The notes under the pieces are model-generated. The model was given only the letters and a program-made list of their open reading frames with translations, was not told where the DNA came from and searched no databases. A program made the translations under genes and the position numbers. A DNA stretch of 64,000 nt from Squalus acanthias (Eukaryota): positions 159,094,001 to 159,158,000 of the forward strand of contig CM059431.1 in NCBI GenBank assembly GCA_030390025.1, written 5' to 3'. Positions 27,175 through 38,900 of the stretch are shown here, piece after piece. How positions within the stretch are numbered: the first letter of the stretch is position 1; each line of letters begins with the position of its first letter.

Positions 27175-28897
27175 CTCAGAATTTTGCATTTGTGTAAAAC
27201 CCCTGCCAGTCTCTGGATCCCTTCATCTTGTATTGAGCACTGGGACAGATCTAGTTCTTCTAAAACGTTACAAGGCCTCAGGACCGACGCCAGTACCATG
27301 CAATTCACCGGACTGAGTTCTGAACCACAAAATGCAACTTTCTTTACAGATCCAAGCAATTTCTTCAGCAGTGGTGAGTTTCGGGATTCATACAGTCGGT
27401 GGAATGTGGCCAGAAGTTTTATTTTATTCTCCTGTCCCACACCCTTTTCAATCATTCGCTGAATCTCCTCTTGCAACCAATCTAACACTTTGTGGCATGT
27501 TGATTCATCGAACGGACCCAAATCCTTTGTTAGCTCTCGAGTTGAATATGGAGAGGAGAGACCAGGCAGGAAACGGTAGAATATCTCAAACCGACTATCA
27601 CTGTCCCAGGTTGCTTTATTCAGGAGCTGATCCATTTTCTGTGGAGTTGATTTCAGGAACAGTGAGAGGGCGGCGAGAAACTCTTGTAGTGTGAGATGAG
27701 TAAATGTGTGCACGGCACTCCTGGCTGAGTTGTCTTCGCGCAGAACTTGCATCATAAACCCGGAAGTGAATTTTGAAGGTTGCAGGTTGTGACGTTTGAA
27801 ATCATCATCATGAAATATCAGGGATCTCTTGTTGACTCCGTCATAGGCCATCTCCGCGAGTTTGAGTAAAACCTCACGTCTGTTTTTAATATTACAACCT
27901 TCTCTTTTCAACAAGCTGGCCAAGAAGTTTGAAAAGATTTCGGTGATAATTTCAGGAAGTTGCCTTTCTCTTTTCTCTTGTCCTCTAAAGAGCGGGGCCA
28001 ACGTGGAATAGATGTCCCAGCAGTACTCGGGAATATAACACATGGTGTACAGGATGTCGTTCTCTTCGATGTATTTGAAAACGGCGTCCGCCATCTTGGC
28101 ATACCCGAAAAATCTCCGACAATAATCTCTTCTTTCTTCTGCAAGGAAACCGAGTATCTCCGCCCAGAGATTGACATAGGATTTATTCAGCGAACCCAGG
28201 GCACTGGGTCGGCTCGTGACCAACACCGAACAACCCTTCAGTAACTTCCCCTGAACCAGACACCGGACAGTATCAGACACTTCACACCGACACTCGGGAT
28301 CGAAACACTGATGATCTGGATCCGCGTTTCTCTGCTGATAACTAAAATTGATATCCTCATGAAATGCATCTAACCCGTCAAATATAAACAGTATCTTCGC
28401 TGGATCTTCCCACACGCGCTCAAGGTCCTTCCCAAAATAACGATATGAATTTAGTACGAGCTGCTTCAGACTTGTCTTCTCTTTTACGTCTCGTAATTCC
28501 CGACATTTGAAAAGAAAGACAAAGTTGAACTGTTGATATATTTCGCCTGCGGCCCAGTCATGGACAAGCTTCTGCACCATGGTAGTTTTACCGATACCAG
28601 CCACACCTGTTACTACCGAGGTTCCAGACAGGCTCGTTCGGCCGAAACTGCTTCTGAATAATTGATCAATTCCAACTTCCTCCAGCGAATTCGTTAGGTG
28701 TTTCTTTTGCCATTTTTCGTGCTTTCTACCAGTTTCCCAAATTTCGTCTCTTACAGTTCTAACTTCCAGAGGGCTTTTAACGATTATTACTTTTGTGTAT
28801 CGATCTTCAAGCGTAAAAATACTTGTCCGTTCCCCACAATTCACTTTCATCTTGTCGCATTGTTGGCGGAGAGTTTCTTTATGTTTGTTTTGAATCT
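27175..28897 (-). CDS. NLR exon 5, NACHT NTPase + helical/winged-helix domains + first LRR
   Basis: 559-aa ORF with Walker A GVAGIGKT, Walker B ILFIFDGLD, sensor-1 LVTSRP, WHD motif FTHLTLQEFLAA and LRR LEELDLSQCSIQDEG; tttgcag acceptor at 28898-28899 and AG|GTAATT donor. Confidence 0.95.
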
Positions 28898-29084
28898 CTG
28901 CAAATCAATTAAAATTAATAGAGTCGACGGCAAAATCATTACACGTTGAATGAGCATGCGCATAATGCCTCAAAAGATAAAACATGATGACCATGTGACA
29001 TGAAACGCAATGGTACTGTCTAATATCTATCCATACATCTCTCTATCGATGTTTCTTTTTTTTGTTTCATTCTTTCTTCGTTTA

Positions 29085-29506
29085 CATAGAAACATAGAAT
29101 CTAGGAGCAGGAGTAGGCCATTCGGCCCGTCGAGCCTGCTCCGCCATTCAATACGATCATGGCTGATCATCCAAATCCAGTACCCTGTCCCTGCTTTAAT
29201 CCCCACAGTACACATATCCCACCCTACCCCCGTAACCCCACGTATTTAATTCCCCCTAACATATCCCATCCTATCCCCATAACCCCACATATTTAATCCC
29301 CCCTAACACTAAGGGTCAATTTATCATAGCCAAATCAACCTAACCCACACATTTTTGGACTGTGGGAGGAAACCGGAGCACCCGGAGGAAACCCACGCAG
29401 ACACGGGGAGAATGTGCAAACTCCACACAGACAGTCACCCGAGGTCAGATTCGAACCCGGGTCTCTGGCGCTGTGAGGCACCAGTGCTAACCACTATGCC
29501 ACCGTG
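29085..29506 (-). mobile_element. HE1-type tRNA-derived V-SINE with CR1/HER1 3' tail, full-length
   Basis: tRNA-like head with A box (tggcatagtgg) and B box (ggttcgaatc), V-domain (gtgggtttcctccgggtgctccggtttcctcccaca) and CR1-type tail. Confidence 0.9.
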
Positions 29507-29794
29507 TTTCTATCTTTCCTTTTTCATTTATTTCCTTTCTTTAGCTATCTATTTATGCTGTTGACATTTTATTTATCCTTCCATTTGTCTAGCTATAATT
29601 TTCTCTTATATAGGTGTGTATATCTTTATCTTTGTACGTATCTATCAATATTTTCTATCAACTATAACTATCTATCTATCTTGCATTTTGGGACCTGTTG
29701 AGGAAATGAAAAGCGCTATATAATTGTACGCTGTTTCTTTCATAGTAACTGAAGAGCAGTTTTATAGTACATGAAATGTTTAAACACCACGTAC

Positions 29795-29860
29795 CTTCTA
29801 AATAAGGCGGTACCTTTGACGGTATTTGGCTCCAGGTTGCTTCATATTGTAAATTGCCAC
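29795..29860 (-). CDS. NLR exon 4, 66-nt linker
   Basis: tctcaatag acceptor, G|GTACGT donor, phase 1-1, open frame GNLQYEATWSQIPSKVPPYLE. Confidence 0.8.
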
Positions 29861-29968
29861 CTATTGAGAAATGTGTGATTCAGATTTATCATCAACGGAA
29901 TAGTACACCCGGTGTTTAGGAAAATATATGTTAATATTAACATGTTGTGCAAATGAACCAGCTAATAC

Positions 29969-30139
29969 CCTTTGCTTGCATTTCTTTCAGTATTTCCCTC
30001 AGCATTGGGATCGTACTCTGCATGTTCACAAATATTTCCCACATTGCTCTCCCTGCTTTAGCTCCGATTGACATCACTTTTCGTAAAGGAATTTTGAAGC
30101 TTCGGTCCTCTGTTTACTTTCCGTCAGCTCCCTGACGTG
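29969..30139 (-). CDS. NLR exon 3, death-fold part 2, with -1 frameshift at 30085-30087
   Basis: tttccag acceptor and G|GTATTA donor. HVRELTESKQRTEASKFL continues in the other frame as (L)RKVMSIGAKAGRAMWEIFVNMQSTIPMLREILKEMQAKG; 171 nt where phase requires 172. Confidence 0.85.
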
Positions 30140-30959
30140 CTGGAAACACAATGCAGAAAGAGTCAACCCAACATCTTGAGGTGCACCATAACAAGTTGTG
30201 TCTAATACTTGTGAGACAAATATGTCCAGCGCAGTTGTTCCAATTCTGGATGCTATGGTTATTGACTTTACGAAATCAGCAGGTGCTGGACACACCCTGC
30301 GTGTTGAGTTCTCATCAATTCTTGAGGTATTTAAAAAGCATTTTGTTCCATTTCAGATTTCCAGCATTTGCAGTTATTTCCGAATTATTAATTAATTCTG
30401 AAACTGAATTTCAGGATGTTTTAACATTATTAGCAATTGATAGATCAAAATTAAAACAATAAATGTAATGCAGTAGATATGATACACCACAGAGTGCTGC
30501 ATCAAGTAAATGAAAAATCGAGAGAACTGACATTCAAGGAGGAAATTATTCAATACGAGAGGCAGCAGTGGATTAAAAACAAGGTAACGTTGAAACACTA
30601 TTCAAAACAATGACAAAAAAAAACTAGATAACTGCTAATGTATTAGTTTTACCTCAAAGGCAAAGGGAGACATTGGGATCTTTATTTTATTTAATGCAGA
30701 GGCTTGTAATGACATGTAATGTCACACGAGAGACAGAGATGGAATCAGATCTGTATTACTTTTTCAATGGGAAGTGGACAAATATTTGAAAAAAGGGAAT
30801 AGAATATTGGGAAAGGGCAGCGCAAAGTGGATAGCTCTCTCAGATTGCCAAGGTAAGTACCATAAAGCAAATTATCTCCTTTTGCGTTGTCGACTCCATT
30901 ACAATAATTTCAGTCTTCACCAGATGGACAGTAAGTGGAGGAGCTGATAACCATCATCA

Positions 30960-31570
30960 AGAACAACAACAACTTGTATTATATAACACCTTTAACGTAG
31001 TAAAACGTCCCACATCGCTTCACATGAGTATGAAAAGATAAAACATTTGACACCGAGCCACATAAGGAGGAATTAGGGCTGGTGAGCAATAGGTGGATCA
31101 AAGAGGTCGGTTTTAAGGAGCGTCTTAAACGAGGAAAGAGAGGTAGCGAGGCGGAGTGGTTTAGGCAGGGAATTCCAGAGCTTAGCGCCCAGGCAACGGA
31201 AGGCACGGCCACCAAAGGTTCAGCGATTAAAATAAGTGATGCTCAAGAGGCCAGGATTAGAGGAGCGCAGATATCTCGGGGGGTTGTTGGGCTGAAAGGG
31301 ATAACAGAGATAGGGAGTGGCGAGGCCATGGAGGGATTTGAAAACAAGAATGATAATTTTGAAATAGAGGCGTTGCTTCACCGGGAGCCAATGTAGGTCA
31401 GGGAGCACAGGGGTGATGGGTGAACCGGTTGGCGAGTTTTGGGTGATCACAAGTTTATGTCGGGTAGAATGCCGGAAGCCAGCCAGGAGTGCATTGACAT
31501 AGTCAAATCTAGAAGTAACAAAGTCATGGAAGGCGGATTCAGCAGCGGATGGGCTGTTAAACAGTCTGTT
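30960..31570 (-). mobile_element. L2 LINE 3' fragment
   Basis: SPITPVLPDLHWLPVKQRLYFKIIILVFKSLHGLATPYL and (ttg)n tail. Confidence 0.88.
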
Positions 31571-31764
31571 ATAGAAACCGTCAGCCGTTCAGTCCATTAA
31601 TTTCAACACAATTACAATTGTGCAGGTTCTACAGTGGGCTTGTGGTCTTCCCGGCCAAATTAGCAAGCAGTGAAGACGGAAATGAACCAGTATGTCTCAA
31701 TTGAAATACTTGCCAAATTATCTGAATCGATCACTTGGGTAAAATAAAAATTGAGTATAACCAA

Positions 31765-33030
31765 CATCAACAACTTGTATTGATATAGCGCATTTAGCAT
31801 AACAAAACGTTCCAAAGTGCTTCACAGGTGTGTTATCAGACACATTTGTAAACAAGTAACATGAGGAAATGTTAACAGAGGTGACAACAAGCTTGGTCAT
31901 AAAAGTAGATTTTAAGGAGCGTGTTAAAGGAGGAACAAGAAGTGGTGAGGCGGAGTTGTTTAGGGGAGGAATTCCATAGCTTAGAGCCTGGGCAGCTAAT
32001 GGTGGGCGATGGAAATTGTTGATGTACAAGAGGTCAGAATTAGAGGAACGCGGAGATTTCGTCGGTTGTAGTACTGGAGGAGCTTGCATAGTGGTGGAAG
32101 TGCTGGACAAGGTTCGCATTCGAGCACTGGGATAATAATTTTAAAATCGAGGCGTTGCTAGAAGTGGACCCAATGTAGGCCAGATTACACATTCGTGAGC
32201 GAAACTTGTTGCGAATTAGGATATCGGCAGAAAAGTTTTGGATCAACTGAATTTCCGGAGGGTGGAAGGTGGGATACCGACCATTGGAGCATTGGAATAC
32301 TCGAGTATGGAGTTAACAAAAGCATGTATGCCGGATTCAGTAGCTGATGGGCGGAGACGGGCATATTACGGAGGTGGAAGTAGATGATCTTGGCGATGGA
32401 GTGGATATGGAGTCGGAAGCTGAGCTCAGGTCCAATAGGTCACCGAGATTGCTGAATGTCTGATTTAGCCTGAAAGAGTGGCCAGGGAGAGGCATTGATT
32501 CGGTGGCTAGAGAACGGGTTTTGTTGCGGGGAACGAAGGCAATGGCTTCAGTTTTCCCATTATTTCATTAGAGGACGTTTCTGCTCACCTAATCCTGGAT
32601 GCTGGACAAGAAGCGTGACAAAGCAGTGGCAGTGGAAGGGTCATAGAGGTGATGGTGATGCAGATCTAACTGTCGTCAGCCTACATGTGGAACCTGACGT
32701 TGCGCTTTTGGAAGATGTCGTCAAGGGACAGCATGCAGATGAGAAAGAGGTGGGGGGCAAGTATGGACCCTTGGGGGAATCCAGAGGTAACGGTGCTGTA
32801 GCGATAAGAGACGCCATTGCAGGAGATTATTTGGCTATGGCTGGATGGATAATAATGCAAACAGGTGACGGCTGTCCCACCCAGCTGGACAACGAAGGAG
32901 AGGCTTTGGAGGAGGATGCTGTGGTCAATCGTATCAAAGGCTGCAGAGATATCGAGAAGGATGAAGAAGGAAAGATCGCCACGGTCACATTCACACAGGA
33001 AGTCATTTGTAACTTTGATTAGGGCCGTTT
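31765..33030 (-). mobile_element. L2 LINE fragment(s)
   Basis: L2 tail at 31765-31800; RT-region remnants homologous to 60700-61150. Confidence 0.8.
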
Positions 33031-33279
33031 GGGAGGCGACAACACGAAAATAACCAGGGCGATTGGATTCAAAGGGGAGAATTTCTGTCTGAATAAACCG
33101 ATTATCCTTTGTGATGAAGTGAACGTTAGGAGCCCGATATTATAACATAGTTATGATACTTTTAAACCTTCAAAGAAGATTCACTTGAAAAACGGCTACA
33201 CAGTCTACCGAGGTGAAACTTGGAATGGACGAGGAATTGTGTAAAACAGAGGAATTAATCGTATTCATAAGGTGAGTGA

Positions 33280-34040
33280 TGTTAAGGGGAGTTAGATTGA
33301 ATGGATCGTTCTAAAGATCGTTTTTTCCCACTAATATTTCTATTTCCATAACCTACCTGAATTCTGAAGTTCAACACATATTGGTCAAAATTGGAAGAAC
33401 ATTTTAAATTAGGATTTAAAATCCAGATGGATGAGGCAGCCAAGGTACTACAGAGGAACATAGGCAAAACGTTGGGGTGATTAGAATTATGACAGGTGAA
33501 ATTCAATGAACATGGTTGCGAGATGGACAGATTGAAAATTGAGGAGATATTCAATTTGGAACTTGTGTAGGGGTTGGGGCTGAAAGGACTTGGTGTGCCA
33601 ATTAGCTCAAGATGAAGGTAGGAACCCAGGATGGAGTTGTACCCCTGGGGCCAAATATCCAGTACTTGCATTTTCATAATTAATTGTCCATCCACAATGG
33701 TGTGCAGCTTGCCAACATACAACATGGGCATGGGGCACAAAATCCAAAAAAAAACAGCTGCCCCATGACGAAATATGGCAGAAGACTTATCAGTAAAGCA
33801 AAGAGAGTGCAAATTATTTTGCAAAATCGCTAGGTATGATTTGATGCTGAATTGCATTATGGTCAGGACACATATCGGGTACCTGATTCAGTTCTGATTA
33901 TTGAAGCACAGAGGAAACATCCAAGACCTAGAAGTTGTACACAGAACGGCGACCAAGCTAATTGTAAATATCAGAGTTATGAGGGAAGGTTGCGTAAATA
34001 CATATACTACAGTCTTGAAAAGCGACATTAGGAGACATTT
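33280..34040 (+). mobile_element. Highly decayed CR1 RT fragment
   Basis: Weak similarity to the CR1 C-terminal RT region around 33350-33470 and 33860-34040. Confidence 0.4.
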
Positions 34041-34147
34041 CAGTGGACCTCAAAATCCCAGAAGTAAATTGCAATGACCCTTTGATACTGAATTTGACGT
34101 TTCAGTTTGAAATCATTAACAATGCCAAACGCTGGTATCCAATTTAC

Positions 34148-34314
34148 CTGATATTTTATGTCATCAATTACATCTTTATTCAGTAACGCCAAACCAACAG
34201 AATCAGCAAATTCTTCAATAGCGTCTTCCAATCTCTGACGGTAGAATTCTGTGATTCTACGAAGATCAATGTCTCTGAAACTTGCCAGTAGTTCGTTTAT
34301 TTGAGCCTCGGGGT
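34148..34314 (-). CDS. NLR exon 2, N-terminal helical death-fold (CARD-like) part 1
   Basis: Pyrimidine tract + ctgtag acceptor and CAG|GTAAAT donor; reads DPEAQINELLASFRDIDLRRITEFYRQRLEDAIEEFADSVGLALLNKDVIDDIKYQ. Confidence 0.85.
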
Positions 34315-34364
34315 CTACAGTCGAGAGATAAAGGAGAAAGAAAAATGATTACAATAAAAATAAC

Positions 34365-35035
34365 GGACCAGAATTTGCTCTGGCAATACGCTAACTTTGC
34401 TTGCGCATGCGCTAAATCCCGGACTTGCGATCTGTCTGTGTTCGCATTGACAGATCATCTGCACCAGCAAAGAAAAATCAATTGCTGGCGCAGAGTTGGG
34501 CTATTTTCCCAGCAATTACGTAGGAAAATGTAACGCTTGATGCAAGCAGACACAGGGCCTTATGCTTGTTTTAACCATTTTCATCTCGAAAACAGATTGC
34601 TTAATTGAATCACGTGAGTTTTTTTTCTGCTTCTGCAAAGATTAGAATTTTTAATGATGTTGGTAATTATTATCAGCAAAATTGTTGTTTTACTAACAGA
34701 ACTAAGCTTTGGTGGAATTGGTGGAAAGAAGCTAATTAGGGATTAAATTCAAATCCTGTAAAGTAACAGTAATTAAATCTGATTATGGGATTCCCTTCTG
34801 AAATGATGTTAAATCTAAATCGGTTTACTGATTTGCAGCACAGGCCGACATTGTCCCAGGGACGCTTCCACACAGTCTGCGTCCCTGGGATCTGTGGGCC
34901 ATTACGCTGCCCTCCAGTATGCAACATCAGAGAGCTAGTTCACGAAGGAGGGGGCACATCAGGTAGGTTCTTAATTTTTTGACAGGTCCGCGTCATACTC
35001 CGGAGCAACACCGCAGACTGAAATTTCTCCGCCAA
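34365..35035. mobile_element. Probable non-autonomous DNA-transposon (MITE) remnant
   Basis: Weak terminal inverted ends (ggaccagaattt ... aaatttctccgcc), GC-rich flanks with an AT-rich middle, and resemblance to 17280-17680. Confidence 0.35.
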
Positions 35036-35412
35036 TATTATGGCAATTATTTCTTACAGATCGGTAATTGAGTAAAATTTAAGAGATTTGTTTTGCATCG
35101 CTCGATTAAACTGAATCGCTGACATATCTCAGTTTCGGAACTCCACCCGGCTCCTCAATGGTGCAAATAAAAAGAAAAATATGTTCACTACTGTAGATCA
35201 GAGACTCGAAATCACTACTGCCCATGTCCTTTCCTAACGTTGTTTCACTATCTGGCTGTGTCGGGAATAATAAACAGAAACATTCAGAATCTCTATGATC
35301 ATGTACATCTCCATCTTTAAATCGGAAAAATACTCAACATCTTTGTAAATTTGAAAGGATTCAGGGTAAATAGGAGTTCAATATTTTCTCCTGTACACAT
35401 TCTCGGATATAT

Positions 35413-38400
35413 TACTGACCCAGCCCTACATCGGCGCCCCACTTACCCAGCCCAACACCGACACCCCACTCACCCAGTCCTACACCGACAACCCACTGAC
35501 CCAGACCAACACCGACACCACACTGACTCAACACCGACACCCCACTGACCCAACAAAGACACCCCACTGACCCAGTCCTACACCGACAATCCACTGACCC
35601 AGTCCAACACCGACAAACCACTGACCCAACACCGACACCCCACTCACCCAGTCCTACACCGACAACCCACTGACCCAGACCAACACCGACACCACACTGA
35701 CTCAACACCGACACCCCACTGACCCAACAAAGACACCCCACTGACCCAGTCCTACACCGACAATCCACTGACCCAGTCCAACACCGACAAACCACTGACC
35801 CAACACCGACACGCCACTGACCCAGTCCTACACCGAAAACACACAGACCCAAACCAACACCGAAACCACACTGACCCAGCACAACACCGACACCCCAGTG
35901 ACCCAGACCAACACCGACACCCCACTGACCCAGCCCAACAGCGACACCCCACTGACCCAGCCCAACACCGACACCCCACTGACCCAGCACAACACGGACA
36001 CCCCAATGACCCAGTCCAAAACCGACACCCCACTGACACAGATAAACACCGACACCCCACTGACCCAGCCCAACACCGACATCAGACTCTTCAAGCCCAA
36101 CACCGAAACCCACTGACCCAGCCCAACACCGACACCACACTGACCCAGTCCAACACCGACAACCCACTGACCCAGCCCAACACCGACACCTCACTGATCA
36201 AGCCCAACACCGACAACCCACTGACCCAGCCCAACACCGACACCACACTGACCATGCCCAACACCGACACCCACTGACCCAGCCAAACACCGAAACCACA
36301 CTGACACAACAGCGACAACTCACGGGCCCAGACTAACAGCGACAACACACTGACCCAGCCCTACACCGACAGCCCACTGACCCAGCCCAACACTGAAACC
36401 ACACTGACGCAGCCCAACACCGAAACATAACTGACCCAGCCCAACACCGACACCACATTGACCCAGACCAACACCGACACCCCACTGACACAGCCCAACA
36501 CCGACACCCCACTGACACAGCCCAACACCGACACCCCACTGAAACAGCCCAACACCGACACCCCACTGACCCAGCCCAACACCGACACCCCACTGACACA
36601 GCCCAACACCGACACCCCACTGACACAGCCCAACACCGACACCCCACTGACACAGCCCAACACCGACACCCCACTGACACAGCCCAACACCGACACCCCA
36701 CTGACTCAGCCCAACACCGACAGCCCACTGACCCTGCACAACACCGACCCCCCCCATGACACAGCCCAACACCGACACCACACTGACACAGCCCAACACC
36801 AACACCACTCTGACCCAGCCCAACACCCACACCACACTGACCCAGCCAAACACCGACACCGCACTGACCCAGCCAAACACCGACACCACATTGACCCAGT
36901 CCTACACCGACAACCCACAGACCCAGCCCAACACCGACACCACACTGACACAGCCCTACACCGACATCATTCTGACCAAGCCCAACACCGACACCACACT
37001 GATCCAGCTCAGCAATGACACCCCACTGACCCAGCCCTACCCCGACAACCCACTGTCCTAGCACAACACCGACACCCCACTGACCCAGCCCAGCACCGAC
37101 ACCCTCACTGAGCCAGACCTACACCGATACCCTCACTGACACAGCCCTACAACGACACCCCAATGACCCAGCCCTACACCGACAACCTCACTGACCCAGC
37201 CCTACACCGACACCCCACTAACCCCGCCTTAGCCTGACAACCCACTATCCCAGCACAACACCGACACCACACTGACCCAGCCATACACTGACAACCCAAT
37301 ATCTCAGCACAATACCGACACCACACTGACCCAGCGCAACACCGACACCCCACTGACCCAGCCCAACACTGAAACCCTCACTGGCCCGATAGCGGCACCC
37401 CACTGCCCAAGAAATACAACGAACCCCCACGGACACAGACATACAACGACAACACGCTGACCCATCCCTAAACGAAACACCACTGACCCAGCCCTACACC
37501 CAAACACCACTGACCCAGCCCAACACCGTCACCCCACTGACACAAACAAACAAAGGCATCGCACTGACCAAGTTCAACACCGACACCACACGGACCCAGC
37601 GCAAACCTGCCACCCCACTGACCCAGCCCAACAACGACACCCCACTGACCCAGACCTACACCGACACCTCACTGACCCAGCCCAACACCGACACACAACT
37701 GCCACAGCTAAACACCGAAACCTCACTGACACAGCCCAACACCGACACCCCACTCACCCAGCCCAACACCAAACCCCCGCTGACTCAGTCCTAAACCGTC
37801 AACCCGCTGATTCTGTCCAACAACGACACCTAACTGACCCAGAACAACACCGACAGCCCAAAGACCCAGCACAACACCGACACCCCACTGACTCAGCCCC
37901 ACACCGGCACCTCGCTGACCCAGCCCAACACTGACACCGCAATGAAACAGTCCCACACCGACACCCCACTGACAGAGCCCAACAAAGACACCCTCATTGA
38001 TCCAACACCGACACAACACTGACCCAGCCCAACACCGACACCTCACTGACCCAACAGCGACACCGCATGATCTTGCTCAAGACCGACACACCACTGAAAC
38101 AGCCCTACAACGGCACTCCAGTGAGGCAGCCCTACACAGACACCGCATTGACCGAGCCCAAAACTGACACCCCCATGACACAGCTCAAAATCGAATTCCT
38201 CAATGGCCCGTCAGCGAGACCCCACTGACCCAGCGCAACATCGACACCCCACTGACCCAGCAATACACCAAAACCCCACAGTGCCAGACATACAACGACA
38301 ACCAACTGACCCAGCCCTAAATGATCCCACACTGACCCAGATCAATACACATATCCCAATGACCGAGCCCAACATCCTCACTCCACAGACCCAATCAAAT

Positions 38401-38900
38401 ACCGACACCGCAATGCCCCAGCTCAACACCGACACCCAACTGACCCAGCACAATACTGCCACCCCACTCATCCAGCCCAACACCGAAACCCCACTGATCC
38501 AGCCAAACAACGGCACCGCAACTGATACAGTGCAATACCTACACGCCACAGACACAACCCAACACCGACATCCCACTTACACAGCCTAACACCGACATCC
38601 CACTGACATAGCCCAACACTGACACCCTCACTGACACAGCCCAACACCGACACACCACTCACCCAGCCCAACACCGACACCCCACTGACATAGCCCAAAA
38701 CTGACACACTCACTGACCCAACATCGACACCCCACTGACATTGCCCAAGACCGAAGCCCCACTGAGCCAGCCCTACACTGACACCCGACTGACCTAGACC
38801 GAAACCGACCTCCACTGATGCACCCTACCCCGACACCCCACTGACCCTGCACTAAACTGACACCCGACTCACCCAGACCAACACCGACACCCCACTCACC
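35413..38900 (+). repeat. 27-bp minisatellite array (consensus actgacccagcccaacaccgacacccc)
   Basis: More than 100 degenerate tandem units; purest at 36460-36730. Confidence 0.95.

Noticed and set aside
27171..28850. 559-aa ORF as a stand-alone single-exon gene
   Set aside because: It is bounded by a good acceptor (28898) and donor (27174), and in-phase upstream and LRR exons exist. The ORF's stop lies in the intron.
29430..29506. tRNA gene
   Set aside because: The A/B boxes belong to the SINE head and continue into the V-domain; no complete cloverleaf is evident.
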